A stretch of 63,282 bases of DNA, filler included, from Octopus bimaculoides (GCF_001194135.2; 3 parts of 3 records of this genome joined end to end with filler, not necessarily neighbours in it), one strand, 5' to 3'. Numbered from the whole stretch's first letter, positions 23,929 through 36,409 are shown. Notes: a model not told the origin generated them from the letters alone. Made by a program: numbers and translations.

Positions 23929-24508
23929 CGAGGTACATTCAGAAAGTATCCGACGTCAGTTGTTGGCACTCCGTCGCTTACGACGTCGAGGGTTCCAGTT
24001 GATCCGATCAACGGAACAGCCTGCTCGTGAAATTAACGTGCAAGTGGCTGAGCACTCCACAGACACGTGTACCCTTAACGTAGTTCTCGGGGATATTCAG
24101 CGTGACACAGTGTGACAAGGCTAACCCTTTGAATTACAGGCAAAACAGAAACAAGAAGAGTGAGAGAAAGTTGTGGTGGAAGAGTACAGCAGGGTTCGCC
24201 ACCATCCCCTTCTAGAGTCTCGTGGAGCTTTAGGTGTTTTCGCTCAATAAACACTCACAACGCCCGGTCTGGGAATCAAAACTGTGATCCTATGACCGCG
24301 AGTCCGCTGCCCTAACCACTGGGCCATTGCGCCTCCACCCGACGTCTGTACTTTAGGCGTAACAGCCAGAAACTGACGCAGCCTAGTGGCACGAAAGTTT
24401 TGAACTATGCACAGGAAGGGTGACGTCACCTCACATCCAAATGATTTTGCCCACGTTGTATTAATTATGGCCGGAACAAATAAAGTTGGATACTTTTTGA
24501 ACGCACGT
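23929..24508. mobile_element. ~190-bp mariner-type MITE interrupted by a family B SINE
   Basis: Imperfect TIRs TA-CGAGGTACATTCAGAAAGTATCCGAC and GTTGGATACTTTTTGAACGCACGT-TA. Confidence 0.7.
23958..24338 (-). mobile_element. tRNA-derived SINE family B, full length, 8-bp TSD
   Basis: Near-identical to 5041-5427. TSD CCGACGTC at 23950-57 and 24339-46. Confidence 0.95.
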
Positions 24509-24513
24509 TAAAT

Positions 24514-24544
<31 letters not shown>

Positions 24545-26399
24545 ATTGTCTATCATCTATCTGCACACGCATTTCTGTACATATTATATATACACAAACA
24601 TGTCCGGGTATGGAGGTAAGGGTGAATGTAAATAGTGATGAGAGACAACAGACAATAGGACATCTAAATAGATTGGCTAGCATAGACAACATTAACACGA
24701 ATAGAACATAATATGAAATATATAAAATGACAAAAACGTTTGCTAAAATTCCCTTTTTTATGTGTTTTTCCATTTTACATGCACGTGCACACACACATAC
24801 ACACACACATCCATGCGCCCACATATTAAATATATTCTTCATTTTCTGTATTCTTATTTATATTCCAGTGTAACATTTTTTTATAATGCACCAGCTTATC
24901 TTTTTTGTAATTAATTTCTTATATCCTATCAGAAAATATTAGTATCTTTTCCATCACGATCGTTATTAACATGATCATTTCTATTATTTGCCACAAGAGC
25001 AACACATGAAGTGACATTACATGGACAAGTTACCAATCATTTTGTTGTCGGCATAGAAATCGGACTGAAAAATAGAAATGAAAACAGAGACACTGTGTGC
25101 AGAAATTCCCCGCGTTTCGGATGTAGTGAGTTCCTGAATAACTTGTAACGTGAAATCTTGGAACACAAAATTAATCTCCCAATTGATTTTCATATTATGA
25201 AGTAAGCCTGCGTTCTGACGTATTTTTTTTCTTTTTTGGAAAAAACAATAGCAAAAACAAAATGGAAACAGAAAACAAGCATATGACCACTTTTAGGAAT
25301 GAAAATAAGTTTCTAAATATATATATTACATGTACACATAAAAACATCTGCAGAGAAATATGTTAGAGAATAAGAATCATAATCGGGTACGTTCTTCCAG
25401 CAGAAGATGTTGACCATTGTGTGAGGGATAGTGATGGGATTAGAGTTAGGCAGGATGAGGGACACTATCTTCTATTACACAATTCACCATCATCAGCATC
25501 TGCTTGAGGAACGAAGAATAGGGGCCGAAACCGGACGTGGTTCCTCCTGATGATGTCTTGAGCTAACTGGATCCTATTAAGGAGCTGTTGTGGTAGCAGG
25601 CCATGAAACATGGTTGAAATTCCTTCCTACGAAGTTGTTTGATGTTCATGGTGCATCATCTTTTTTTGTATAGCCCAGTGTACGAACTGAACTCATTGCA
25701 AACTCTTCCTGTAATTTTCATCTTACACTCACTATAAAGAGTTGTTATCAGCAAAAACTTGTAAGCCCCTTTTTATATAACTGCCAACCCTTTAGTAATA
25801 TTCTTTGCTGTCAGTTTAAGTAAAGTTTGGTGAAATTTCCTATTCTTATCTATATTTTCAGTTTTCTTTTCTTCTAACATCGGTTATACGTTAAACAAAC
25901 TTTCTCTATGGGACACTAGCAATTTACCCACATCGTCCTCTATGATTTCTTCAAAGAATTAAAGTTTATAGATCTTCATATGGATCAACGAGAGTGCGTC
26001 CCAAGGATAAAACTCAAGGAAAATTGGTACTAACCAGATTAAACGAAATTATTAGCACAGTAACCACAGCAGTTACAATGGAAAGTGGATCCTTGTTAGA
26101 TTTACGCTTAGTGAAATATCGAAACCCATGCAAACAACATAGAAAATAAATATAGAGAAAAAGAAAATGAAACACAACACATAAATCTTAATGAAATCAA
26201 CAACGAAGGAACACAATTGAAAAAAAGTAAAAGAAAGAAACAGTACATGAATATAACATTAAAAGAGCCTTCAGAATCAAAGAACTCCTGAAACAAAAGA
26301 TACTCATTAAATGGAAAAGAATCTGTCAGTATGATGGTGATGATGATGATAATGATGATGGTGATGACGACGACGACGACGATGACGACAATAATAAGA

Positions 26400-26806
26400 C
26401 AGGCAAGATGTAGTATGAGCACAAAACACAGAGTGGTGGAGTCAGAAACTTGAAAAATCTTGTGGGACTTTCCAATCCAAACAAATCAGGTACTTGAGCA
26501 CAAGTTAGATCTAGTGATGAACCACATATGCTCTATAATTGATGTTGCATGCCCCTTTGACACGCGAATAGTCAAGAAGGGAGGTTTAAAAATAGATATA
26601 TACAATTCTCTTAAAAACGAGTTAGCTCGACTGTGGAAAATAAAGGTGAAGATAGTGCCAATTATTGTTGGGTCCTTGGAATATAAGAGGAATATAAAAG
26701 AAATCAGGATAGAGTGCCCAGTAGAAGTGTTACAAAAGGTTTGCCTCCTTGGCACGGTCAGCAAGCTCGCTACGCATCCAGGAGTTCCAACAAAACTTGA
26801 GTTAAA
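26400..26806 (+). mobile_element. R4/Dong-type non-LTR 3' fragment (restriction-like endonuclease domain)
   Basis: ILWDFPIQTNQ...IIDVACPFD...KIDIY..L..ELARLW..VKIVPIIVGSL...LQKVCLLGT, followed directly by (AAT)n. Confidence 0.88.
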
Positions 26807-26869
<63 letters not shown>

Positions 26870-27295
26870 CGTCGTCATCATCATCATCGTCATCATCTTC
26901 CTTCTCCTCCACTTCCTTCTCCTCCGCCTCATCTTCCTTCTTGTCTTTCTCGTCTTCTTCTTCTCCGCCTCCTCTTCATCATCAGCACCACCATCATCAT
27001 CATTACCACCACCATCACCACCATCATCACCACCACCACCACCACCACCACCACCATCACCAACAACAACAACAACAACAACAGCAATACCAACTCTCCA
27101 CCATCATGTCTAATTACATTAAAATCTTGACTCCTAATTTCTGTAATGCAGGCGTTTTACTGCGTAATTAAGCAACATATATGTCTACCAGTTATGCAAA
27201 AGTTATCCATATCTCAATAAGTTATCACTACTACTACTACTACTACTACTGCTACTACTACTACTACTACAACGACGATAATGATAACGATAATG
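26807..27295. repeat. Compound trinucleotide array (AAT)(CAT)(CTT/CCT)(CAC)(CAA), then (CTA)
   Basis: Direct read. Confidence 0.95.
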
Positions 27296-27689
27296 AGGAT
27301 AAATTCAAATATATTTTCCCTAGTGTTTATTTCTTTTTCTCCTATAAAAATCTACGAGCATAACTCTTAGATATTTTCACATATATATATTTGAGTATCT
27401 CATGCTTATTGATATCATCTATCTCATGGAATTAATTTAGCACAATACTTCATATAAACTATTTGCATGTTTCTAGAAAATGATATCTTCATATTAATTA
27501 ATCGATATATTTTATTTAAAAATTGGTTTATGTCTCCCTTCGATGTATGCATGTAAATATGTATAAATGTATAAACATGTGTGTGTCTGTCAGTGTTACA
27601 TTATATTATATATATGTATATTATGTATGTGTGTGTATATATATGTGTGTGTATGTATGTATGTGTGTATATATATGTGTGTGAGTATG

Positions 27690-27722
<33 letters not shown>

Positions 27723-27822
27723 NNNNNNNNNNNNNNNNNNNNNNNNNNNNNNNNNNNNNNNNNNNNTTAATTAATTAANNNNNNNNNNNNNNNNNNNNNN
27801 NNNNNNNNNNNNNNNNNNNNNN
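27723..27822. other. Artificial 100-bp scaffold spacer: 44 N + TTAATTAATTAA + 44 N
   Basis: Identical construct at 46157-46256. The 12-mer is palindromic with stops in all six frames. Confidence 0.93.
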
Positions 27823-27866
<44 letters not shown>

Positions 27867-28309
27867 AGTTTGGGGAGAAATACATAAATGTCCTCTCTGA
27901 TGTGTAATATATATGTGTGTACGCACGTATGTGTGTACGCACGTATCTGTGTACGCACGTATGTGTGTGTGTGTGTATTCGCACACACATACAAACTACA
28001 CAATCCTCTTCTACATACACATACAATTCATAAACAAATATTTTCTAAATACAGCTTGGCAGCTAATTACACTGACTCTAATAGACAATGTTACCACACC
28101 CATTATGCGAACTGAACTAACACACCTTCTGCCAGAACATAAGCACACTTGTGGTGCCAAATGTAGTCGAGCAAATCCATCTGAAGCATTCCAGCATAAA
28201 GTAGTGTCTTTAAAATAATTAAAAATAAAACTAAAGAAAGCTGTGTATGTGACTCCTTAGTTTTTGATACACATGCTCATGCAGCTAAATAAAAATAATT
28301 CTCTCTACT

Positions 28310-28877
28310 ATGGGTAGAAGGCCTGGAATTTGGGGGGAGGGGGATAGTCGATTTCATCAACCCCGAAAGGATGAAAGGCAAAATCGACCTCGACGGAATT
28401 TGAACTCGGGTCGCAAAGCCGGAAGGAATACCGCTAAGCTTTTTGTCCGGCGTGCTAACGATTCTGCCAGCTCGCCGCCTTAATACTAATATAGTAATAA
28501 TGGTTTCAAATTTTTCCAGCAGTTTTGAGGGAGAGGATGAGTTGATTACATCGACCTTAGAGTTCAACTGATACTTATTTTATCGACCCCGAAAGGATGA
28601 AAAGTAAAGTCGACCTCGGCGAAATTTGAACTCAGAACGTAGCGACGGGCGAAATACCGCTAAGCATTCCGTCCCGCACGCTAACGATTCTGCCAGCTCG
28701 CCGCCTTTATAATAATAATAGTAATTTTGACACAAGGCCAGCAATTTCGGAGAAGGGGTAAGTCGCTTACATCGACCCCGAAAAGATGAAAGGCAAAAAT
28801 CGACTTCGGGGAATTTGAACTCAGGACGTAAAATCGGAAGAAATGCCGCGAAGCATTTTGTCCGACGAGGTTCAGCC
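28310..28877 (-). mobile_element. SINE family A, at least three head-to-tail copies separated by short AAT-rich linkers
   Basis: Units end CTCGCCGCCTT at ~28480 and ~28710. The third unit is truncated by a gap. Confidence 0.92.
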
Positions 28878-29319
28878 NNNNNNNNNNNNNNNNNNNNNNN
28901 NNNNNNNNNNNNNNNNNNNNNNNNNNNNNNNNNNNNNNNNNNNNNNNNNNNNNNNNNNNNNNNNNNNNNNNNNNNNNNNNNNNNNNNNNNNNNNNNNNNN
29001 NNNNNNNNNNNNNNNNNNNNNNNNNNNNNNNNNNNNNNNNNNNNNNNNNNNNNNNNNNNNNNNNNNNNNNNNNNNNNNNNNNNNNNNNNNNNNNNNNNNN
29101 NNNNNNNNNNNNNNNNNNNNNNNNNNNNNNNNNNNNNNNNNNNNNNNNNNNNNNNNNNNNNNNNNNNNNNNNNNNNNNNNNNNNNNNNNNNNNNNNNNNN
29201 NNNNNNNNNNNNNNNNNNNNNNNNNNNNNNNNNNNNNNNNNNNNNNNNNNNNNNNNNNNNNNNNNNNNNNNNNNNNNNNNNNNNNNNNNNNNNNNNNATA
29301 CATACATATATGTACATAC

Positions 29320-30500
29320 CTACATCTGCATGTATATATAGATGCATATCCGGGTACAGGACGTCAAAAAAAACGTGGACAAAAAAGGAACAGGAACATA
29401 AATAAAGCACAAAAAACGGACTTTTTTTACGGACAACAGGTCAGTAGTTCTATATCTCAAAAAGAAGCACACTCTAAAACATTAAATCAGTAAATTATAT
29501 ACTCTGCAAAAAATGTACCCAAACCATCAAACGGTCCATAACAAACAACCTTCATAAATATATATATATACACATACACACATCCTAGTCTAGAGAAAAG
29601 TTGAGTGTAACAATTTCAGGATGTAAAATAGTGAGGGGATTGTTTGAGAGAGCTTAGTTTAGATAGGAAGCAGGGCATCACCTTAAAATTGTGTTTGAGG
29701 GTATGAACAAATCTTCAAAATTCAAAAGAACATTATTAAATTAACCTTATACCAATATATATTCTGTTGAAGGGTGGCAAGTTGGCAGAATCGTTAGCAT
29801 GCCGGGCAAAATGCCTAGCGGTATTTCATCTGCCATTACGTTCTGAGTTCAAATTCTGCCGAGGTCGACTTCGCCTTTCATCTTTTCAGGGAAAATTAAA
29901 ATAAGTACCAGTTACACACTGGAGTCGATGTAATCAACTTAATCCCTTTGTCTTTGTTTGTTCCCTCTATTTTTAGCCCTCTGTGGGAAATAAAGAAATA
30001 AATATGTCCTGTTGAACAACAGATCTTGTTTTACAGGATAAATATTGAAAGCATTACTTAACTGTATATGTCTGGATGTAGAAATATATACGTGCATACA
30101 CTGTTGATAGTGTTCCAGACAACCAGCTGAGAAGTTCAGTTCATATACATATATATATAAAACAAATAATAAATGAGTATATGCATATATACGTACAGGT
30201 ATGTGCATATCTACGTCTACCTGTATATATAGGTGCATATCTGGGTACAGGACATTGCAAACAAAGCATAGACAAAAAAATAATAATACCCAGAGTACAG
30301 AAAACACACAGGCCACATAGAGAACATTTTCCTTCATCAGCTACCCCCATTCTAACACAGGCGTTTCAAAGAGTAGGGCAGGACGCATCGTTAAAATGGC
30401 TCTTCCCATGGACCGCAAATTAAATTTGTGCCATGGAGGAATGTAGTGGCAGACAAAAAACAAGACAGGAAAACAAACGGAAAAGGCTATACGGCGAGAC
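29320..30500 (-). repeat. Penelope-type terminal-repeat-like sequences (two related starts at ~29340 and ~30235)
   Basis: GCATATC.GGGTACAGGAC motif shared with the direct repeats at 45073 and 45695, which flank a GIY-YIG relic. Confidence 0.4.
29771..29995 (+). mobile_element. SINE family A, plus-strand copy with an alternative 3' tail
   Basis: TTGGCAGAATCGTTAGCATGCCGGGC...GAGTTCAAATTCTGCCGAGGTCGACTTCGCCTTTCATC. Confidence 0.88.
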
Positions 30501-30889
30501 GTGAAAAATTAGAGCTTGTATATGCATGTGTATTATGTGCATATATATGGGGGGGGTTATATATAAAACCAATGAAATGCACCTGAGGACTCATAGTATA
30601 CCAATAGTTAAAAAAAGATCTCATGAAAAAGAATCAACACGTACCCTCTGCTCCCTTTAAAAACAATATGCAGAGATTGTGTGAACTACAGCTGTTGAGT
30701 AGCAAGTTTTTTCGAGCATGGACCTGAAGATAGTGTGGCAGTTGACAGAGTGAAACAAATGCAGAGTCAAAATGATGCATATCAGTACACAAGGCCACCA
30801 CAAGCAATACAAGTGATACCTATCTAAACATCATATCCATATTCTTACTAAATATTGGATGTCTGTTACAACTTAGTAACAGGGGTAAA

Positions 30890-32790
30890 ATTCTCTACTG
30901 AAAGATTTTGCTGCTTGCAATCAAGCAATTTTGATGGTACTTCTAGAGACACATCTAATTTCTAACATAGCAGATCTAGAAATTCACATACCAGAGTATG
31001 CTGTATTTCATACTGAGAAAGAGGGCATGAAAGAATTGCCATGTATATCAGTGAAGATGTTACACCCATAGTACTGTCGTCACACTGAGACTCAGTTTAT
31101 GACACTGTAATAATACATATAAAGCAAATTGATGTAGTTATAGGCACATCATATCTTTCACCAAATGCCTCAAAACATGATGGTAAATTTGAGGATAGCC
31201 TCAGAAACATAGAAGAGGTATTGACCAATCTGGACCAACACATCAATATTCTCTTTCTGGGTAACCGCAACCTCTCAAATGTTAAATGGCCTGCAGGCTA
31301 CATCCTTTCTAGAATGTCACTGCATGAACAAAGGCAAGCAGAATCATTACTTGAACTTTCTAATATGCTGTTCATGGAACAGGTGAAATTCCAGCGAACT
31401 AAGAGCAATAACAACTTGTTGGATTTCTGCTTTACAAATAATATGAACCTTTTCAATAACATGAAGGTAATGCCAACAGCTTTCTTGGACCGAACATTGT
31501 ATGGTCATAGATGAACTTCTGTAAGAAACAATCAAACCATACCTAATTTGAATTTCCAGAAAGCAAAACTTGAAATCAAGCTGGCCTGATAATCTATCTT
31601 TGCAAAGCAACATAATACTCAATCAATTTATGTTGACTATGCAAGCTATATGCATTAAATGTCCCAGAAGAAGAGGCCAGTATATCCCTATATAAAATCC
31701 CTGGAAACAGGAAAATTCATATGAGACAGAACAAAAGGTCTCAAACCAGCTGAGTAGGAAACTGAAAACAGAATCAAACACTCCCACAAAAAGGAAAGAG
31801 CAGAAAAAGAGAACAGAGCTGTGGAAGACATAAAAATGAACCTTAAAGCTTTGTATAAATTTGCAAAGGAAACAGCCATAATACAAAATAGAGCCATTGT
31901 TCCAAGGTAATAATTTACTGACTGCAACCACAAAAGGGTAAATGAAATGTTTAGTTAACAATTCAAAAATGTCTCCACCTCTCCACTGGCACATATGTAA
32001 ATAAATAATCCAGTTGAGTTCTTTGAAATTACAGCCCTGCAGAGGAAGACGACCACAGATGGAATGAGCTTAAACTCAGCAACTGGTCCTGGTGTTTTCC
32101 CAGCTATTTTCTTGAAGTCATGTAAGCAGGCTTTAGCAAAACCACTTCAGATACTTTTCCAAAGTTTCCTTGCAAGTTTCCTACCAAAAAGCTAAAAGAA
32201 GGCATCATATACTCTATCCATAAAGGTGAGAGCAGATGCTAAAAACTACAAGCTCATCTTTCTGACTTCACATAGCAATGTCATGGAACAAATTGTCAGA
32301 AAGAAGCTGATAACATTCTTAAAAGAAAATGACTTGCTGAATGATACTCAACATGGTTTCCATCAGTGAAGAAGCTGCCTTACACAACTCTTACAGTACT
32401 ATAACTGGGATTTCAAGCAGTTGCTTGACAATTAAAACATCGATATGGTATACCTTGATTTTGTGTAGGCCTTTGACAAGATGGATCATAGCAGGATATG
32501 TCACAAGCTGCAAGTTCTTGGCATAGCTGGTAAACTAGAGGAGAGACTACATGACTTCCTTAAAGATAGAAGTCAGGCGGTTGCAGCCAATGGTGCTGCC
32601 TCTTGGGAAACAAATTCTGAGAAAAGTCCCCCTAAGGACATTACTGTTTGTAGTAGCTCTCTTAAACAGCTACTGTCACTAGCTATGCTGATGATACAAA
32701 ATTATCATTGGCAGTAAAGAACTCTGATGATGTCACAATCTTGTAGCAGAACCTAAATGCAATATACTGGGGGCTGAACAAAACAACATG
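30890..32790 (+). mobile_element. Degenerate CR1/L2-type LINE ORF2 (APE + RT)
   Basis: ILFLGNRNL..VKW (GDFN-like), LLDFCFTNN, SATGPGVFP..LK.C...LAKPL, QHGF..RSCLTQLL, VYLDF..AFDKMDH, YADD at 32684-95. Confidence 0.9.
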
Positions 32791-32884
32791 CAATCTTTGG
32801 GGGTATTATAGAGGTACTTATACAAGTTAAATATTTATACAGATTTTTCTTTTCCTGAAGTGTATATCCATTTTTTCGGTGTGT

Positions 32885-32923
<39 letters not shown>

Positions 32924-33009
32924 NNNNNNNNNNNNNNNNNNNNNNNNNNNNNNNNNNNNNNNNNNNNNGCTTCACCACATACTGAATTTAGAAATAGGAG
33001 TTAAAAATT

Positions 33010-33440
33010 CCTTTTCTAATCTCTAATTGTGGAGGGAATCTGTGGAAGGGTAGACTCAGGAAGACATGAAACGAAGTGGTGAGAAAGGATCTTCAGATGC
33101 TGGGCTTCACTGAAGAGATAACAAGGGACCTGTACTTGTAGCGATTTGCTGTACTTGAGAAGACACATCAAGCTAAGTAAAATTACAGCCATCCATACAT
33201 ACAGTTTTGTCCTTTGCAGGTGCCAGTGCCACATGAAATGTACTTGTGCTGTTGCTGTGTAAACTCACCCATGCTGGTGGCACATAAAACGCATCCAACA
33301 CACTCTGTAAAGTGGTTGATGTTTGGAAGGGCAGCCAGCCATAGAGACCATGCCAAAACAGACAACTGTCGTCTGGCTACTTCCTGTCAAACCATCCAAC
33401 CCATACTAGCATGGAAAACAGACATTAAATAATGATGATA
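33010..33440 (+). mobile_element. RTE LINE 3' end with 3' UTR and (ATG)-type tail
   Basis: GRLRKT..EVVRKDLQMLG..E...D...RFAVLEKT. The UTR ends CCAACCCATACTAGCATGGAAAACAGACATTAAATAATGATG. Confidence 0.8.
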
Positions 33441-34784
33441 TATCATCATATTTTTGTCTTCAGTTGTAGCATGATTGTGTTTGTGTGTGTGTATTGAGCA
33501 TCTCTCAGTCTCCACACACTCTTCTGTAACCTCTAACCGTGCTCATTTCTTATTCTATCTCCATTCACTTCTATTCTCCTTCTTTTATCCTGGCAGTTCA
33601 CTGTGATGCCACATCACCACCATATTTATCTTCCTTTCCAGCTCCACCTTAAATGCTCTCTCCCACTTTTATATAATGCAAATAGCAATGTATGTCTACT
33701 ACAGCAACAAAACCTGTTTCTGTCTCCTTCATCATCACCTAGAATAAAGTCATTTCCATCTCTACTGTGGGGAATTCGAGTTTTTTGTGACCATACAAAA
33801 AAAGACATCCAATAAAGTCTGTAAAGTGGTTAGGAAGACATTAGAGCATCATGTAGTCCTCTGACATATTGGATGTATTGTTCCATCTTACCCATATCAG
33901 CTTAGAAAGTATGTTAAAGATGCTGCTGATAATGATGTGTGTGTGTGTGTTGTATTATGTCTACATACATGGTTATTTATGTGTGTGTATATATTTATAT
34001 ATATATATATATATATATATAGATATAGTAATATTATCTCAGTTGAGAAAACTTCAATAATGAAAATATGTTAATAGTTACCAGGGTAGCAAAAAACACA
34101 AAAACTAGGATATCATACCCGGTTAATAGGTAGAAATACCAAGTTAAAGTGATGTATTTTGAGTAGATATGAAGAATAATAATAAATGGAGCAAAACGCA
34201 TATAATCAATAAGTTCTTTTAATTCCTACATATGTTTCAAAATATATGTGCACTCTACTCCAAAAAAGTAATGTATATATATATAAATTGATTTATACAA
34301 ATATATATATGTAGTTTTGTGTGTGTATAGGCATTGGCATGGCTGTGGTTAAGAAGTTCACTTCTCAGGCATGTGGTTTTGGGTCTTGTACAACCTTTCA
34401 CATATATATATATGTATATGTGTACATGTGTGATTATGTCTCCTTATCTTGACATCATGTCATTCTTATAATTGACCATTCCCATCATACTAATGGTAAC
34501 CCCTCTTTCCAACTTTCCATGTAAGCATTCTTGAAAAATATTACCTTGCTTGGAAACAGATTAGAGTTGGTGATAGAAAGGGTATCCAACCATAGATATT
34601 CTGCTTCAGCAAAAAAGTGGCTATAGAAAACACGATGATGACTTATATCTGGTTTATATGTGTAGTTTTATATTTATATGTTTATCAATATGTATATATA
34701 TCATTACTATTATGTTAGACTGCCGTATGTCCAAATTTGGCCTGATGCCTTTTTTTTTTCAATATTTAATTTTGTTTGCAACAG

Positions 34785-34887
34785 CTGGTTTTTTTGGTCA
34801 AACCATCGTATATCCAGCTGCTTCAGAGGCCAAGATATGATAATTGTCAAAATGTAGTACAACGGTTTCACATTTTTCAAAAGTGTA
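34785..34887 (+). CDS. Candidate isolated internal exon (103 nt), protein unidentified
   Basis: Polypyrimidine acceptor TTTTGTTTGCAACAG and donor GTAAGT. Only one frame is open: LVFLVKPSYIQLLQRPRYDNCQNVVQRFHIFQKC. No partner exon or homology recognised. Confidence 0.25.
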
Positions 34888-35447
34888 GTAAGTCCTACGT
34901 ATGACAGTTTTGCAAAAATATTTCTGACTGAAAATATCATAATTGCATGGAGTTACAATTTTATGCACCCAACAAAATATTATTTAAACATAAAACAATA
35001 TGAGATATCACTATATGGATCCCTTGTATGCTAAAAATAGATGTCAAACCGTGTTCCCACTAAATCTGTGTTCTCAACTTAGTAACATGCTAGATGTTTA
35101 TGAACTAGACAAATGAAAAAAATAAACATAGCACTTAATTCCATACGTTAAGGTTTCAACATGAACAATGAAACTGGATACCACCCATCTCCATGAAAGG
35201 ATATGAATGTATAGAGTTCCAATGTCATGTATTTAAATTTTGATTCAAATGCCCTCGTACTAGCACATTAAACCAGAAAATAACTGCAAATGAATGTTAT
35301 TCAGCAGTGAATCAACTGGCTAGAGAACATAGATATATGAAATTAAATAATAAGAGTAGAAATTAAAATTATTAAATAATATCAATTTCAACTAGTGGTC
35401 AGCATACTTAAAAATGATACTTCTGCATAATAGTAATGATATATATA

Positions 35448-35830
35448 TCATCATCATCATCGTTTAATGTCCATTTTCCATGCTGGCATGGGTTGGACAG
35501 TTTGACTGGAGACTGGCAAGCAAGGAGGCCACACCAGGTTCCGATCTGATCTAGCAATGTTCTACAACTGGATGCCCTTCCTAATGCCAACCACTCCGAG
35601 AGTGTAGTGGGTGCTTTTTACGTGCCACCGGCACAGGAGCCAGTCAGGCAGCACTGGCATCGGCCATGTTCGGATGGTGCTTTTTATGTGCCACCTGCAC
35701 AGGAGCCAGTTGGGGCGAGGGGGCTGGCATCGACCACGTTTGGATGGTGCTTTTTACATGCCACCAGCATGGGGAGCCAGTCAGGTGGCACTGGCATCGG
35801 CCACAACTACAATTTCCATTTCGATTTTGA
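35448..35830 (-). mobile_element. RTE 3' UTR-only fragment with ~3 internal minisatellite units
   Basis: Same (ATC)n-GTTTAA.GTCC...CCATGCTGGCATGGGTTGGA end and GGTGCTTTTTACGTGCCACC units as 41414 and 43728. Confidence 0.85.
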
Positions 35831-36409
35831 TTTATGTAATATGGCTGTGTAGATATGTATATGAATAGACATATACATGTTTTTGTAATATATGCATATG
35901 CATGTACATATGTGTGTGCATGTATATGTACGTATGTATGCGTATTTGTATTTATATGTATGTATATATACATATGTGTATTTATGTGTGTGTGTATACA
36001 TATGTGTATGTCTGTATACATATGTATATTTATGTGTATGTATGTATTTATATATACACAGACATCTCAAAAGTAAATAGACCCATTAGTTTTGGAAGTT
36101 AATTCTAGAAATAAAATAATGTCATTTGGTGCATTTAGATATTTAATCTAGTATTTTGTAGACATACCTTGGGCATCATACTAGTGTGTAGTATCTGCAC
36201 AGGTATAATAACATAATTAGGGGCATCTATTTACATTTGAGATATTTGTATACATATACAAGAAATCAAAAATTATCAATCTTTTGCCAAAACTTCCTTT
36301 AGGTTGGCTGCACTGCCTTCAGCACTCATACTAAAAGATGGTACTCTTCTGGTTATCTAACCATGCTTTGACGTTGATCAATCCAGTTTTCTTTCTTTAC
36401 GGAGTAAAC

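Noticed and set aside
24415-24432. GGTGACGTCACC CRE palindrome as a host promoter
   Set aside because: It lies inside a MITE, with no evidence of a nearby transcription start.
28310-28877. Regularly spaced repeats as a CRISPR-like array
   Set aside because: The units are whole ~200-bp SINE copies with microsatellite linkers, in a eukaryotic context with no cas genes.
34221-34262. Minus-strand GAAACATATGTA palindromic hammerhead 3' half
   Set aside because: No CTGANGA core or stem II remains upstream.
35235-35259. Solitary mariner-like TIR (TTTTGATTCAAATGCCCTCGTA)
   Set aside because: No matching partner terminus or internal sequence could be linked.
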